DNA of 64,000 nucleotides, from positions 32,984,001 to 33,048,000 of the forward strand of contig OX597817.1 in assembly GCA_951406725.2 (NCBI GenBank). Reading direction: 5' to 3'. The notes below the pieces were generated by a model. The model ran no database searches. It was not told where the DNA came from and saw only the letters and a list, made by a program, of their open reading frames with translations. Below are positions 50,657-63,059 of the stretch, one piece after another; position 1 is the stretch's first letter; each line of letters opens with the position of its first letter. The translations under genes were made by a program, and so were the position numbers. The DNA is from Octopus vulgaris (taxonomy: Eukaryota).

Positions 50657-53600
50657 GTAAGTACATATTTCATGTACATGCTGAATATCAAATAAAGGGT
50701 ATTTGTAGTGTGTCTCATGAACTTGGATTCTACTTCGGGAATTTCACACTTTTTTAATCAAAATAGCTTTATTTACTTCAATATATGTAATTAAAATAAA
50801 CTATCTCATTCTTCTCTACAATATTTATAAATAATTTATTCTAATTATTCAATGCCTACTCATAAAATGTTTATTAAATGTTAAACTTTGTAAACCTGTC
50901 TAACCAATCACAAATTTGAAGGTAAAATTATAGAAGCAGAGAATCAGTTTCTGAACTGTTATTGACTAATACCAGTATACTTGATACTTTGTCTGTAACT
51001 TTGTTTCATACTTTAAGAGCATTGACATTTCTGAATTAGCTTTAGTTTTCAACATAAATTGCTGACCTTTTCATTAAAATTTCCAATAATAATATTTTGA
51101 TTAATTACAACCAGTCAATATCTAAATGCAGTCATTCAATTCTTATGTAATATTTCAGTTGTTAGAATGTTTGAAATTTGACCATTATTTATCTATTGCT
51201 TTGTTTGAACATTGATGTTTTTTCATACTAGCATTTCTTAGCCAAGCTAATCTAGTATTTAATATAAATAGTCAGGACATGAGCTGTGTGAATGATATAT
51301 GCCCTTGTCAATTTTACCTAAGTCAGTCTTGATAAATGTCAGAACAGGCTGAGGGAAGCAGATTCCTTTAATCTTACATACATGGCAAGTTCTGTGCTTA
51401 AGATTGAGCTGACCACTGGTCCATTGTCTGTACCATATTGTGTCTGTGTCTTTTGTAGATTTTTATTTATTTATTTATCTTGATCACTGTGTAGTATAAA
51501 TAATTCTATTGTTGTTTTACCGGTTTCAGTCATTTGATTGCAGCCATTGATTAAATTTATAATTCATATCACCTTGATTAGTGTTTGCATTCCTACAGTG
51601 ATCAGCTCTGATGATGAAACAGAGGGGTTTTTACCTTATTTTGCAAATTGACTATATGCAATGTGTATTAGAGACACAAGCTGATAAGAATGAGCAATTT
51701 CAATGCTTGTATAAAGCAAGGAGTATAGAAGTGGCTTGGCGTGGTGGTGGTGGTGATAGTAGTGTGTTGAGGTGGTGGGTGCAACACAAATGTGGACCAT
51801 CTTATTTTGTGCTCTGAGCAGAGCTTAATTGCTTCCAACACTTCTGGATAGAATGCCAAGCTATCACAGGCAACTCTTTTTTTTTCTTTTTTATTTTTTT
51901 ACAAGAGCAATTAAACTCACATCTGCAAGCTAATCAGTTACTCATTAAGTTTACAATGAAGTTACTGCTTACAGAGAGAAATTACATTTCCATACAGAAC
52001 CTACTTAGAACTAGGTGGAATTAGCCATTGGGAATTAAGTATCTTGGTTGTGGACAAAACAACACAGTGCCAATGATAGGATACAAATCACTAACAGTTG
52101 CTCATTTCATTCTAATGTTGACTCAGCCATCCATGTTCTTTCAGTAATTATACTTAGAATGAATTTTGAAATAGAAATTGTACCTAAGTAGATGGATGGT
52201 AATATGTGACAAGAAGTGATTCTATCTTGACTTAGAATTATTTTCTGTTGTATACAATTAATTGAAATAAGACCATTAGTAATCATATTGTTCCATTCAT
52301 TATTTGCAACAATCCTCATGTTATTCTTTATTTGATGTGCACTTTGTATAACATGCTCTTTTAGTTATGGGGCAATGAAATCCTTGAAGAAATTATCTCA
52401 GCTATAATATAGACTGGCTTTTCTTAAATGTTTGGAAAAAGGAATGTCTTGTCGGATTTATAATTGCTACATAAAATATATTGGAAAAGTTGATACATTT
52501 TTAACAAACAAAGAGCAAATTCAAAAATATCTTTTGAATATTACCAGCTTTGGTTATATAAAAGTGCACCTGATGGTAATGTACATAGTTTATCTATACA
52601 TAGTGCTACAAGAACATATTTTTAAGAATTTTACTTGTTTTGCCATAATAGAAATGTGTAATGCATGTAATTTGATATAATGTTCAGATTATTCAATAAA
52701 ATAAAATATTTTTCATATAAATTGAAAATATTAAATAATTTTTACAACTATTAAATGATACATAATGCATATTTATTAAGAACTATATTGAGTGGATGGT
52801 CATGGTAGGAATGGCTTTGTGTTATTTCTTTTTATAGCAGTTATTGAAACAAATGTTTAAGAAGTGTATATTCTTGTAGGTGTATTGCCAAGAGCTAAGT
52901 GAATTCATTTCTGTTTTACTTCTTAATCAATGTGATGTGTTGTGAATTAAGTAAGAACTAGACTTTGATGAATAAAGATCTGATCTGAGCATACACATGA
53001 TGTATAATGAGCATTTAATATATTATCACTATTGGAGAAAGCACTGGTATAGCTGTGTGGTTAAGAAGTTTATTTCACAATCATAGTTTTGAGTTTAGTC
53101 TTATTGCATATCGCCTTGGGCACGTGCCTTTTACTTTAGCTTCAGGTTAATGAATGCTTTGTGAGCTAAATTTTCAGATGGAAACTGTCTGTAGGTCTTT
53201 GCTTACACATCCCTTTGGCAGCAGTGTTTATGTTGCCCATGTACAATAACCTCACACAGCTTGGTGGTTTGATGTATGAAAAATGAAGTGCTTTACTTGA
53301 AAAATTTTTTGTGTCAAGGAGTGCATCTGACCAGATAAAAGTGCAGCATTATTAAAGAGATTTACATATCAACTTGGTCAATAGGTATATCTTCTGGTCA
53401 TACTATCCTGGATGTGGCCTCATAGTTAGGATTAAAGGAAATAGGTAAACTATAGTTTTCATGTATTATGGAGATCAAGAAAAAAGAAGTGTAGTATGTA
53501 CATATAAATATATACTATACCTTTCCTTTTGGTATAATATTGATCTAACTTTTTGTGTAAACACACCACTCCTTACTTTTGAAAAAATATTATATTACAC

Positions 53601-53741
53601 ATTTTCCTTCAATTAGTATTTTTTTCTCTTTAGACAATATTTACTGTTTTGTTATTTAGATTGATTTTAGCAAAATTTTAAGAACTTATCTTCTAACACT
53701 TCGACCCCTCTGTAAAGAAGTTTCAAATAACAAGCTATTCT

Positions 53742-53963
53742 TTTTCTTTACTGCCTGCAAGGGGCTACACACAAAGGGGACAAATAAAGACAGACAAACG
53801 GATTAAGTCGATTATATCGACCCCAGTGCGTAACTGGTACTTACTTAATCGACTCTGAAAGGCAAAGTCAACCTCGGTGGAATTTGAACTGAGAATGTAG
53901 CGGCAGACGAAACACCGCTAAGCATTTCACCCAGTGTACTAACGTTTCTGCCAGCTTGCCACC
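53742..53963 (-). mobile_element. SINE family A variant with a different 3' tail and a 21-bp target-site duplication
   Basis: TSD tttcaaataacaagctattct at 53721-53741 and 53964-53984; family A head and core on the minus strand. Confidence 0.85.
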
Positions 53964-56944
53964 TTTCAAATAACAAGCTATTCTAACACATACAAACATC
54001 CTTCGTAAAGCGGTTGGCATTAGGAAGAGCATTCAGCTATAGAAACTATACCAAAGTAGACAAAGTTCTTCAGTTTGTTTGAATCTAATTATGTTATCCA
54101 ACCCATATCAGCATGGCAGATGGACATTAATAATGATGATGCATATTCTTCAGATTTGATGTACAATCTAGTGTCTCTTTACAGACATTAGATGAGTAAA
54201 ATACTTTTCTCACTACTCTCTTTCAAGTGGCTAAATCATTAAGCATTGAATTAATGATGACATTTTGAACTCACTTCACCTAATTTCTGAGTAGATACTC
54301 TATCTCTCCTCATCAGCATTTTCATCTGCTTTCTTTTAGAATTGAGGATTATGATGCTACATTTTGATAATTATGTTGTTGTTGTTTTTTAACAAGAATG
54401 TATTCTAAAAACATTTTTGCTTCATATTATATATATTAAACTGAACGAAGCTAATGCCTTTGTATTTTGTTAGGCAACGAGTTCTGCAAACACTAATATC
54501 AAACTAATGCTAGTTTGGGTTTACGATGCTTTGTTCCATCAAAAAGAGGTCAAACTTGTTGACAAGAATAGATAATTAGGTGAAATTAAAGTGCTTAAGA
54601 AATCAATCTTAATAATGTAGGTGTTGAAACAGTTATTGGAGTCTAGGCTCTTTGAATGAAATTGATTACAATCACCTATTCTCTACAGAACTAGTTTAAT
54701 CTATCTCAGATTCAGTTAGAACATCAAGCTGTATTTGTCAGTTTACCTGCTGCTCCTACTTATTTTTCACTTGAAATATCTTGCATTAATCTATTTTTCT
54801 TGGAGAGAAAAACAACTTAGGAATTCTATTGAACTTCATAGGATGGTTCAAAAATATTCACTTTACTATCCTTTCTTGTGTTGTAGCATTGAATGTATGT
54901 ATCATCATAACAATTACCATCATCATCAACACTACCATCATGACCTATAAATAATACCAATAGTCTCAATGACCGAGTGAAGAATTCTTGCAGAATTTTT
55001 CAAAACTGTTATTTCTATCTTAATTTCCAAAGTTCCTGGGTGTCTTGATCAACTATTTTGGTGTTTATTTTATGACAATATGGATAACTTGTGCTTGCAT
55101 TTTCCAGAGTTTTCTAAGATCCTTGGTCAAGTTCATTTAATTACAAAATTTTTTTTTTGTTTCGTTTCTTTTGACTCTACCACATAGTATAGTGAAGAAG
55201 GTCTTTGGCATTGAATAAATGTCTGCTGGTATTTGTTCCAACTCTTTATATTCTGTGTTCAAATCCCATCAAAGCCAACTTTGCCTTACATTTTCCTAGG
55301 GTTGATAAAATGAAGTACCAGTCTAAGTACCCTGATTGATTCTTCTACCACCTCTCTCTCATTCTTAGAATTAGTTGTTAGGAGGAGCCAGGGTTCCACT
55401 CATAGTGTCCTTTTCATCATAAAAGCACAACACTTCCTCTGTATTACAGTGGAAGAATCTCATTGCCAAGTTCTGGCAGAATACAGTACATAATGATGAT
55501 TATGACTAAGTATATAGTAAACTTTTAATCTTGCACACTTTTGGCAATATTATGATTAATAACTGGTTTCCATTACTTTGTCAGTTTATACTTAGAAATC
55601 CCCAAAGATCTTAAAACAATCACTTTTCAGTAATAACATCTGTCTGGCAATGGCACAGTTTTGAATTAAAGTTTCCCATTAACCCCCAGTGTATCAGTGT
55701 TTTACATTTTTGTACCATCTTACTATATTCACACAATATCATCATCATCATAAGTCTGTTTTTCATGCTGGCATGGGTTGGGTGGTTTGACCAGAGCTGG
55801 TAAGGCCAAGGGCCGCACCTGGCTCCATTGTTTGTTCTGGCATGATCAGCATTTCTGTATGCAGCTGTCTACAGCCATATGCATATTACCCTGCATTTAT
55901 GCACCATTAGATATCAAATATTTTGTAGCATTGAAGCCCTTATCTTGCAAACCTATTGCCTAAGTCTGTCTAGCTATATCATATTGTCTTTTTAGGGTTA
56001 TGTAAAATTATATTATCTTATGTGCTTTATAAGGTATGGTTTTTAGGGAAATTGGGCCTGCTATTTCTAGCAGGTCAATTGGCTCATGATGGTGTTAAAA
56101 AAAAATTTTAATTGCATGTCAAATTATTTTTTGTAAATATTTTTTGATTTCCTCATGTCTTGGTTTTCCAATGTAGTCTAAAGAAAAGATGTTTAAAGTA
56201 GCATTAATCCAGTGACTGCTTCAAATAAGTTCCAGGCAGCTTGTTTTCTAAGTTTAATCCTTGTATTCAAGTTAGATTATTTTTAATAATATTTAGATTC
56301 TTATGACTAAAGTGTGATGTTAAATCTGTCTTAATCAGTAAACGTCTAATGAGAAAAGGACACTGACCTCCTGTATTATTATAAAATTGGTTAAATCTGT
56401 CTGTAGTTATTGCTATTTTCTGCTGCAATCTAAAATAACCAAGGCTAAACACACAAGTCTTGTGCTAAATTGAAACCTGGTTAAACCAGTGATTAACTTG
56501 AGGCATTTTACTATGAGCAATGTAACAAACCAACATTTTACGAGTGATTTTTTTTTTTAAATGAAGGCTACTGACAAATTATTATTTTCCTTTTTAGTTC
56601 AATAACATAATTTGCACATGTATTGTTAATTATTGTTGAATTTATTTTCTGATCCATGTCCGGTACCATCATCACCATCTTTTTCATTTTTTTGCTATAC
56701 AGATGTGGGTTGGAGAAATGTCTCCACAGTTCGCACTAGTTTATATTTAGAGCTACTACTCTCTTAGACGGGTTGGCGAACCCTATCTTACTTGTCCTAT
56801 CTATATTTGGCATGGTTTCTATGCCTGGAGACCTTCCTAATACTAACCATTTTACAGACTGTGGTGGATGTGATTTATTGTGGCACCAGCATTAGAGAGT
56901 GTGTCAAGTCCTTTGTTTGCTAACCCTTTGCACTTCCCACTGTA

Positions 56945-57352
56945 CAGTAAGGAATTTGCTTCCCAACCATATGGTTTCAGACCCAGTCCCATTGTATGGT
57001 GCCTTGGGCAAGTATTTTCTACTATATTGCCCTGGGCCAACGAAAACTTTATGAATGAATTTGGTAGACGAAAACTGAAAAAATCCATCATATATGTGTG
57101 TGTTACTATCTTCTTGCCTTGATATCATACAATAGTTATAAGTGAGTGTCACCACTGTGCAAGTGGTGTTATTTTTGTTTCCAGTCTTCCATGAAAACAT
57201 GTCTGGTCAGGAGGGCGGGGGCAAATATTACCTCATTTGGAAACAAATGGTTGGTAACAAGAAGGGATTCTGTAGAAAATCTACCACATCAAAATTCTGT
57301 CTTAACCTTTGAAAGCATGTAAAAATGGGCATTAAAATGATGATGATGATGA
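56945..57352 (+). mobile_element. Chimeric SINE: family-B head, distinct body, RTE-like (GAT)n tail
   Basis: B-type head to about 57080, then a body shared (inverted) with 59696-59980; ends ggcattaaaatgatgatgatgat. Confidence 0.6.
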
Positions 57353-57356
57353 TTTT

Positions 57357-57396
<40 letters not shown>

Positions 57397-58130
57397 AAGA
57401 GATATTAATTTAATGTCCATTTTCCATCCTGGCATGGGTTGAACAGTTTGGTTGGATCTGGCAAGGCCAGGGGGCCACACTAGACTCCACTCTCTGTTGT
57501 GGCATGCTTTCTACAGCTGGATGCCCTTCTTAATGCCAACCACTCCACTGAGTGTACTGGATGTTTTTAACATTGCATCAGCACTGGTATTAATTCTGCT
57601 GTGGTAGATGGGTCTTCAAATTGTATCTGATGGAAAAATCAATACTATCGCCAGGTATTCATCTGTTATTTTTAGCTTTCTCTCACCTTTGTAGATTCAT
57701 CATTTTGATAAATTTTAAATGGTAATTGGTGTTATTGTTTGTTGGCAGATTTAATAAAGTTTTATTTTTAAATAGCTTGAGCTGTAGTCAGGAATATTTT
57801 TTTTCATTGTTGACAAAAACCTGATTTACTTGAAGACTAACCAGAGATTTTAGATGAATTTGTTTTAGTATTGGGGAAGCTTTGGACAGGAATATTTTCT
57901 TACCAGTTAAGTCATTCGATAGTTTAAATATTTCCTTGTTATCTTTCATCTCTGAATCATTTTCCCCCTCTCTTCCTCTTACATTTTAAAATTTCCATAT
58001 TAATATGCTACTCAGAGCTTCACCTAGATTGGTCAAAGTGTATGTATGTGTATGGGGTAGTGTTATTTACTAAGTGTTATTGTTTTTTATTTTTTTATTT
58101 GTCTAATATAACTAAATATCTTAATTTCAG

Positions 58131-58358
58131 ATGGCTCCAGAATATTCCAACCATATCACTCGGCTGCCTGACCACTGTTTGAGAGAAAATTGGTTGAAGC
58201 GGAATTCTCGGGCAAGTGACACGTCAAGTGCATACTCTGGGTCAGATGTAATGCAATCCTCTATAGACGGGCAGGAAAATGTTGACCTCGAGTACAGCGG
58301 CCTGACAGAAAGCATGGTAGATTCTGATGAAGAAGAAGGTTATGGAGAATCTTCAGAG
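58131..58358 (+). CDS. RAPGEF2: Internal coding exon of RAPGEF2/6; serine-rich acidic region preceding the second cNMP-binding domain
   Basis: Acceptor ttaatttcag|, donor |gtaaga. 228 nt, phase 0-0. MAPEY...NSRASDTSSAYSGSDVMQSS...SGLTESMVDSDEEE matches the recalled Drosophila PDZ-GEF SRASDTSSAYSGSD...DLSGLVESVVDSDEED and vertebrate DLSGLPETAVDSEDDD. Confidence 0.93.
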
Positions 58359-59285
58359 GTAAGACATTTTTTTTTCCTATTGAAATTATATTCATTATTG
58401 TATTGTAGTTGTTTGTTGTTATTCTTTGTTTCAAAAACTGGAAAGATTTTACTGAAGAAGAAAAGACAACTAAGATCTAATGGAATAAAACATCCTCTGA
58501 AATGTAATTAAAAATTATATAGAAAGATTAATTAATTAATTAGTTGATTTTTCACTGTTCCTCTGAGCTATTAGATTTAGTGTATTATGTGTATGATTGT
58601 TGAAAATAAGTTAATTCAGACTGGTTGTTGTCCAAGCACCATGTATAAAATTAGGCATAAACGCATTTCATAAGCTAGATTTATACAAAAGTGTGTGTGT
58701 GTATGTATATATATATATATATAAATTCAAATGCGTGGTCTGATTTCTGATCAGTCGGAAGTCTCTTTGACGAAGAGTTTTGTTAATTTTTGTTTTCAGC
58801 ATGTGTGTGTTTGTCTATTCAAGTTAGTGGAATGCAAAATTCTCTACTACTTGATTTTGTTAAGCATAGGATATCACTGGTCAGCTTCCAAGCATATGTT
58901 TGTAGCTATTGTGTTATGTCACACTGTTCTTGGAATTTGTTCTCTGTTAGGTCTATTATACAAAGTAGAATTAAGTACATTGTTGTAGAATTTTACACAA
59001 ATCTGGTACTAATACTAATTTTAGGGTCTTAGATTGTTATTATATAGTCATCTAGTCATCCACTGTATAGTCCTCTCTTTGTTGCTTTTGAACACAGACA
59101 TACTATTCAGACACTTAGAAATACTTCATATACATGTAAACACGCACTGCTTGCACAAATAAATTAATTTGACAATACACTGTAAATATACACATAAATT
59201 TTGTTTGTTTGTGCCCACATCATTATTGTTTAACCTCTACATTTCCATACATGGGCCACATGGAAGTTATTCAGGTAAATTTTCT

Positions 59286-59437
59286 GGCTGTGTGGTAAGT
59301 AGCTTGCTTACCAACCAGATGGTTCCAGGTTCAGTCCCACTGCGTGGCACCTTGGGCAAGTGTCTTCTATAGCCTCAGGCCGACCAAAGCCTTGTGAGTG
59401 GATTTTGTAGAAGGAAACTGAAAGAAGCCTGTCGTAC

Positions 59438-59475
<38 letters not shown>

Positions 59476-59686
59476 GTGTGTGTTTGTGTATCTGTGATTG
59501 CCCCCCACAACATTGCTTGACAACCGATGCTGGTGTGTTTATGTCCCCTTCACTTAGCGGCTCAGCAAGAGAGACCGATAGAATAAGTACTAGGCTTACA
59601 AAGAATAAGTCCTGAGGTCGATTTGCTCGACTAAAGGCGGTGCTCTAGCATGGCCGCAGTCAAATGACTGAAACAAATAAAAGAAT
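59286..59686 (+). mobile_element. SINE family B, young near-intact copy with internal (TA)n(TG)n tract
   Basis: ggctgtgtggtaagtagcttgcttaccaacc..ggttcagtcccactgcgtggcaccttgggcaagtgtcttc..gactgaaacaaataaaaga; CpGs retained. Confidence 0.9.
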
Positions 59687-60949
59687 GCACATATACCCTT
59701 CCTGTTTCCAAGCAAGGCAATATTTCTCATGACTGGACATTTTCATGGAAAATAGGAAACAAATAACACTGCTTGTATGACAGTGATGCTCGTTTACAAC
59801 TTATGTAATGTCAAGACATGGAGGCAAGTGCATGCACATGTGCACAGAAATCTAGTCATAAGGCTTTTGATTGGCTTGGGCTATAGTTAGTAGAAGACAC
59901 TTACCCAAAGTGTCATGTGGTGTGACTGAACCCAAGACCATGTAATTGGAAGACGAACTTCTTCACCACAATCACATATGCACTTACCATTCATGCACAC
60001 ACATACATTCAAGTACACATACACATTTATTCACTAACCCACAAAATTATGTTTGCTTAATTGTTGTCTGTTCTGAAGTTGCTGAATTTGTAACTAAACT
60101 ACTTAAAATAATAGACTTCATTTTTAAAGCAGTTATATTCTTACCTATACCATATGCTTATAATTAATTTTTATTTCTTCATACCAACCTACATCAGTCA
60201 TAATATAAATAACATAGGAGCTAAGTGTATGGGAGAAATAAATTAAGGGGGTAAAAAAAATCATATGCTAGTAATTTTGCATTTTTGTTGACTTAAATAA
60301 TTAGAAACTAAATTATTTTTTCTGTATCTTCAGAGTTTTATTGTAATTCACTTCACCAAAATGGTATTTACTTTATTGCAAGGAAAACGTAATATTTAGT
60401 TTCTTTCTTAAATATTTTGTTGATTACATACACATCTTGTTGTCACTATCGCATTGGCTGTGTTTGTCATCATCATTATCAGAGTCTTTATTTACTTTAA
60501 ATAACACTCAAAATGTTCAATGTAATTAACTGGCTACGTTGTTGTTTTTCACTGTCAACTTAATTAGAATTAATAGGTGTAAGGTAACATTTAATTTACT
60601 TTTTTTCTTTGTAGCTCTTCAGCATTGTTACATCTTTGTTTTCTTCACAGCGTAGTCTTTTGCATTTAATTGTCTTCATTCAGAGCAACAAATTATAGGC
60701 TAGGGTTATGGTGTAACTGTTAGATTAGCTGTGGTAACACTAAAAGTAATAAAAGCCGTGTATGTATTGTGTTACCTTGTGAAATACGACAGGATGTTGT
60801 TAGTGTGAATGTTGTTAGTTTGGTATCTCGTTGCACAATGTTTTTGGTGTGAAAGTGTTAGTTTTGTATATTGTCGAATGTTGTTGGTGTGCAAGTATTA
60901 CTAGTTTGGTGCTGCATCCACCCACCCCCCCAGACAGAGAGAGAGAGTA

Positions 60950-62149
60950 TGTGAGAGATATTTGAGGACATATTTGGTAATTTAAGAAAACGACTTTAAT
61001 CTAGCAAAAATCAGTTGTATTTCAGATTTCAAAAAAAATTTGTGCATATGTAGAAAAGCTTTTTATAAGATTATTCTATGAATCTGCCTCCAGTTTCTCT
61101 TACTATTTTAATGCCGGACTGGAATCATTGACATCCCTGCACTAAATGGTCCTTATTCATTTTGGGCATCACCTGGATAGTAGTAGCCTTCAGTGAAGTT
61201 ATGGTATTGTGGGGATGTTGATTAGTCTTCCTTTCTATTATTCTCCAAACATAGCAGCCCATTGAATTAAAATTTGGTGAGTTTGGAGGAGGGCACAAGT
61301 TTGGTCTAAATGAGCATAAAAATTGCCTGATAGCCATTCTCGAGTTATGTGGGCTTTGTGAAAAGATGCTGAGCTTTCTACTGTGTACTTTATCCATCCA
61401 GAATTTAACGACTGTATTCAGCAGCATTAATTCTAAAACCTCATAGAAAGATGTGAGATGGTATGACATGACCTTCATTTCTTGCCACTCCTAACACCAT
61501 CACAGTTGTTCAAAACAGTATACATAACTCTAGGACATCAGAAGGATCTGCATATTACCATATGCCATTTCTCCTGTTTGACTGGGTCAAAGTTTTTCCC
61601 ATCAGAGAAGAACCATGTTCATGAGAGTTCTTAACTTTGCTAAATAACCACTTGGCAAGGATGAAATGGTATTCCTGTGCCCTTGCAGACATGAACTGAC
61701 TTCTCAGTACTTATGATTTTCATTGAATGTCCTCATGCATCACAGCTATGGTAGTCCACTCTGACACCTGAAGTTCTTTGGTGATGACCCTCATTGATTT
61801 TCCAGGATCATCATCAATAATGTTTTAGATCTGTTGGATGAATTGTGATGTTCTTATAGTGTTTGAATGTTTAGAATGTTTTTTTTCTCTTTGATACAGT
61901 CAAAGCATTCCTACCAGAGGCTTCTAATTCCATCCAAATTTTGTGTATAAAGATCTTGCAACATCTAGAAAGTTGGCAATTTCTAAATCACTGTGTTCTG
62001 CATATATGGCATCAATGACTGCGTGTGTTTTCATTTCTTGTGTTAGCATTTTATCTCCCATGGGGGGATTTGAAATAAATAAAAACCTTTAAATTGGTTT
62101 GAAGAGAGTAATATACAAATAATTAAGTGTCCTCATATATCCCCTGCAC
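60950..62149 (-). mobile_element. Decayed Tc1/mariner-superfamily DNA transposon (about 1.2 kb, maT/DD37D-like)
   Basis: Pseudo-transposase from ATG at 62061: MGDKMLTQEMKTHAVI..HSDLEIANFLDVARS (HTH), WFFSDGKNFD (first catalytic D), PPNSPNFNSMGCYVWRIIERKTNQHPHNTITSLKA. Imperfect TIRs gatatttgaggaca / tgtcctcatatatc, with TA flanks. Confidence 0.85.
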
Positions 62150-63038
62150 TATATATATATATATATATATATTGTTGAGTTTAACTATAAATTTTATTTG
62201 GCTATGAAGAGTTACAGATGTGAAAGTGAACTTGAGAGTTAATTAGTTTCTCAGATAACACACTAGAAAATAATTACTTTCTATTGCCAGTTACTCTTAA
62301 GATGATTTATGATGGAAATATATCTAATGAACTATTTGGCAATTAATGCATTCAAGATAGTTGAGAATCAAGTAATATCTCTTTGTTTCTGGGAATTTGA
62401 ACAAGAAAAGAAATCTAATTATGATTCTTGATAATTTTATCAACTCTCAGTTATTTTGGAGCTTCTTAAAAATAATGACAAATATAATATCAGAATTTTT
62501 TTTTTTTTTTTAAATTCCAGTATTATAGAAGTAATTGTGTTTCAACTTGGTTTTTTTTTTTTTATGGGTTGCTAATTGTAAATTAAAAAAATCTGATATC
62601 AGTTCAGCCCTTGCCAGCATGGAAAGCAGATGTTGAAGGAGGAGGAGGAGAAGGATGATGGAAGTGATAATGATGTTGATAATGATTTGTATTGCTGGAA
62701 TCTGGAATTTATTATAAATGACAACTTTTCTTTGTGACATTTTTATTTGTTGCTTCCAAACTACGTATTTGTTCTTTTAAATCAGCCATGGGTATCCTGT
62801 AGCTCATATGACTTTCTGAATGGCACACTTAAAGAAAAATTACTTAAAATATATTTAGTAGTGTGGCCTGTCTAATGATGAGCCATGTCTCATGTAGACT
62901 ACGTCTCCAAAAAAAAAAAAAGGGTGCCTATGTCTGTTTTAAATGGTTATTTTCTCTTATTCTTTGTTTGTCTCTCATTCTCTCTGTCTTCATCAAAGAA
63001 CCTGTTATGCATTCTATATTCTTTTTTTTCCCCTTCAG

Positions 63039-63059
63039 CGATTTGATCTTTTCCAGGAG
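63039..63059 (+). CDS. RAPGEF2: Candidate 21-nt in-frame microexon (RFDLFQE) of RAPGEF2/6
   Basis: Strong polypyrimidine acceptor (cttttttttccccttcag|) and strong donor (GAG|gtgagg). 7 codons, phase 0-0, no stop, compatible with the phase-0 end of the exon at 58358. No transcript evidence available. Confidence 0.55.

Noticed and set aside
51608-51620. CTGATGATGAAAC hammerhead-core-like string
   Set aside because: No room for stem II and no consistent stems I and III.
58800-58822. Strong acceptor (ttttgttttcag) followed by gttagt 23 nt later
   Set aside because: Not frame-preserving and low-complexity (TG)n content; no support as a coding exon.
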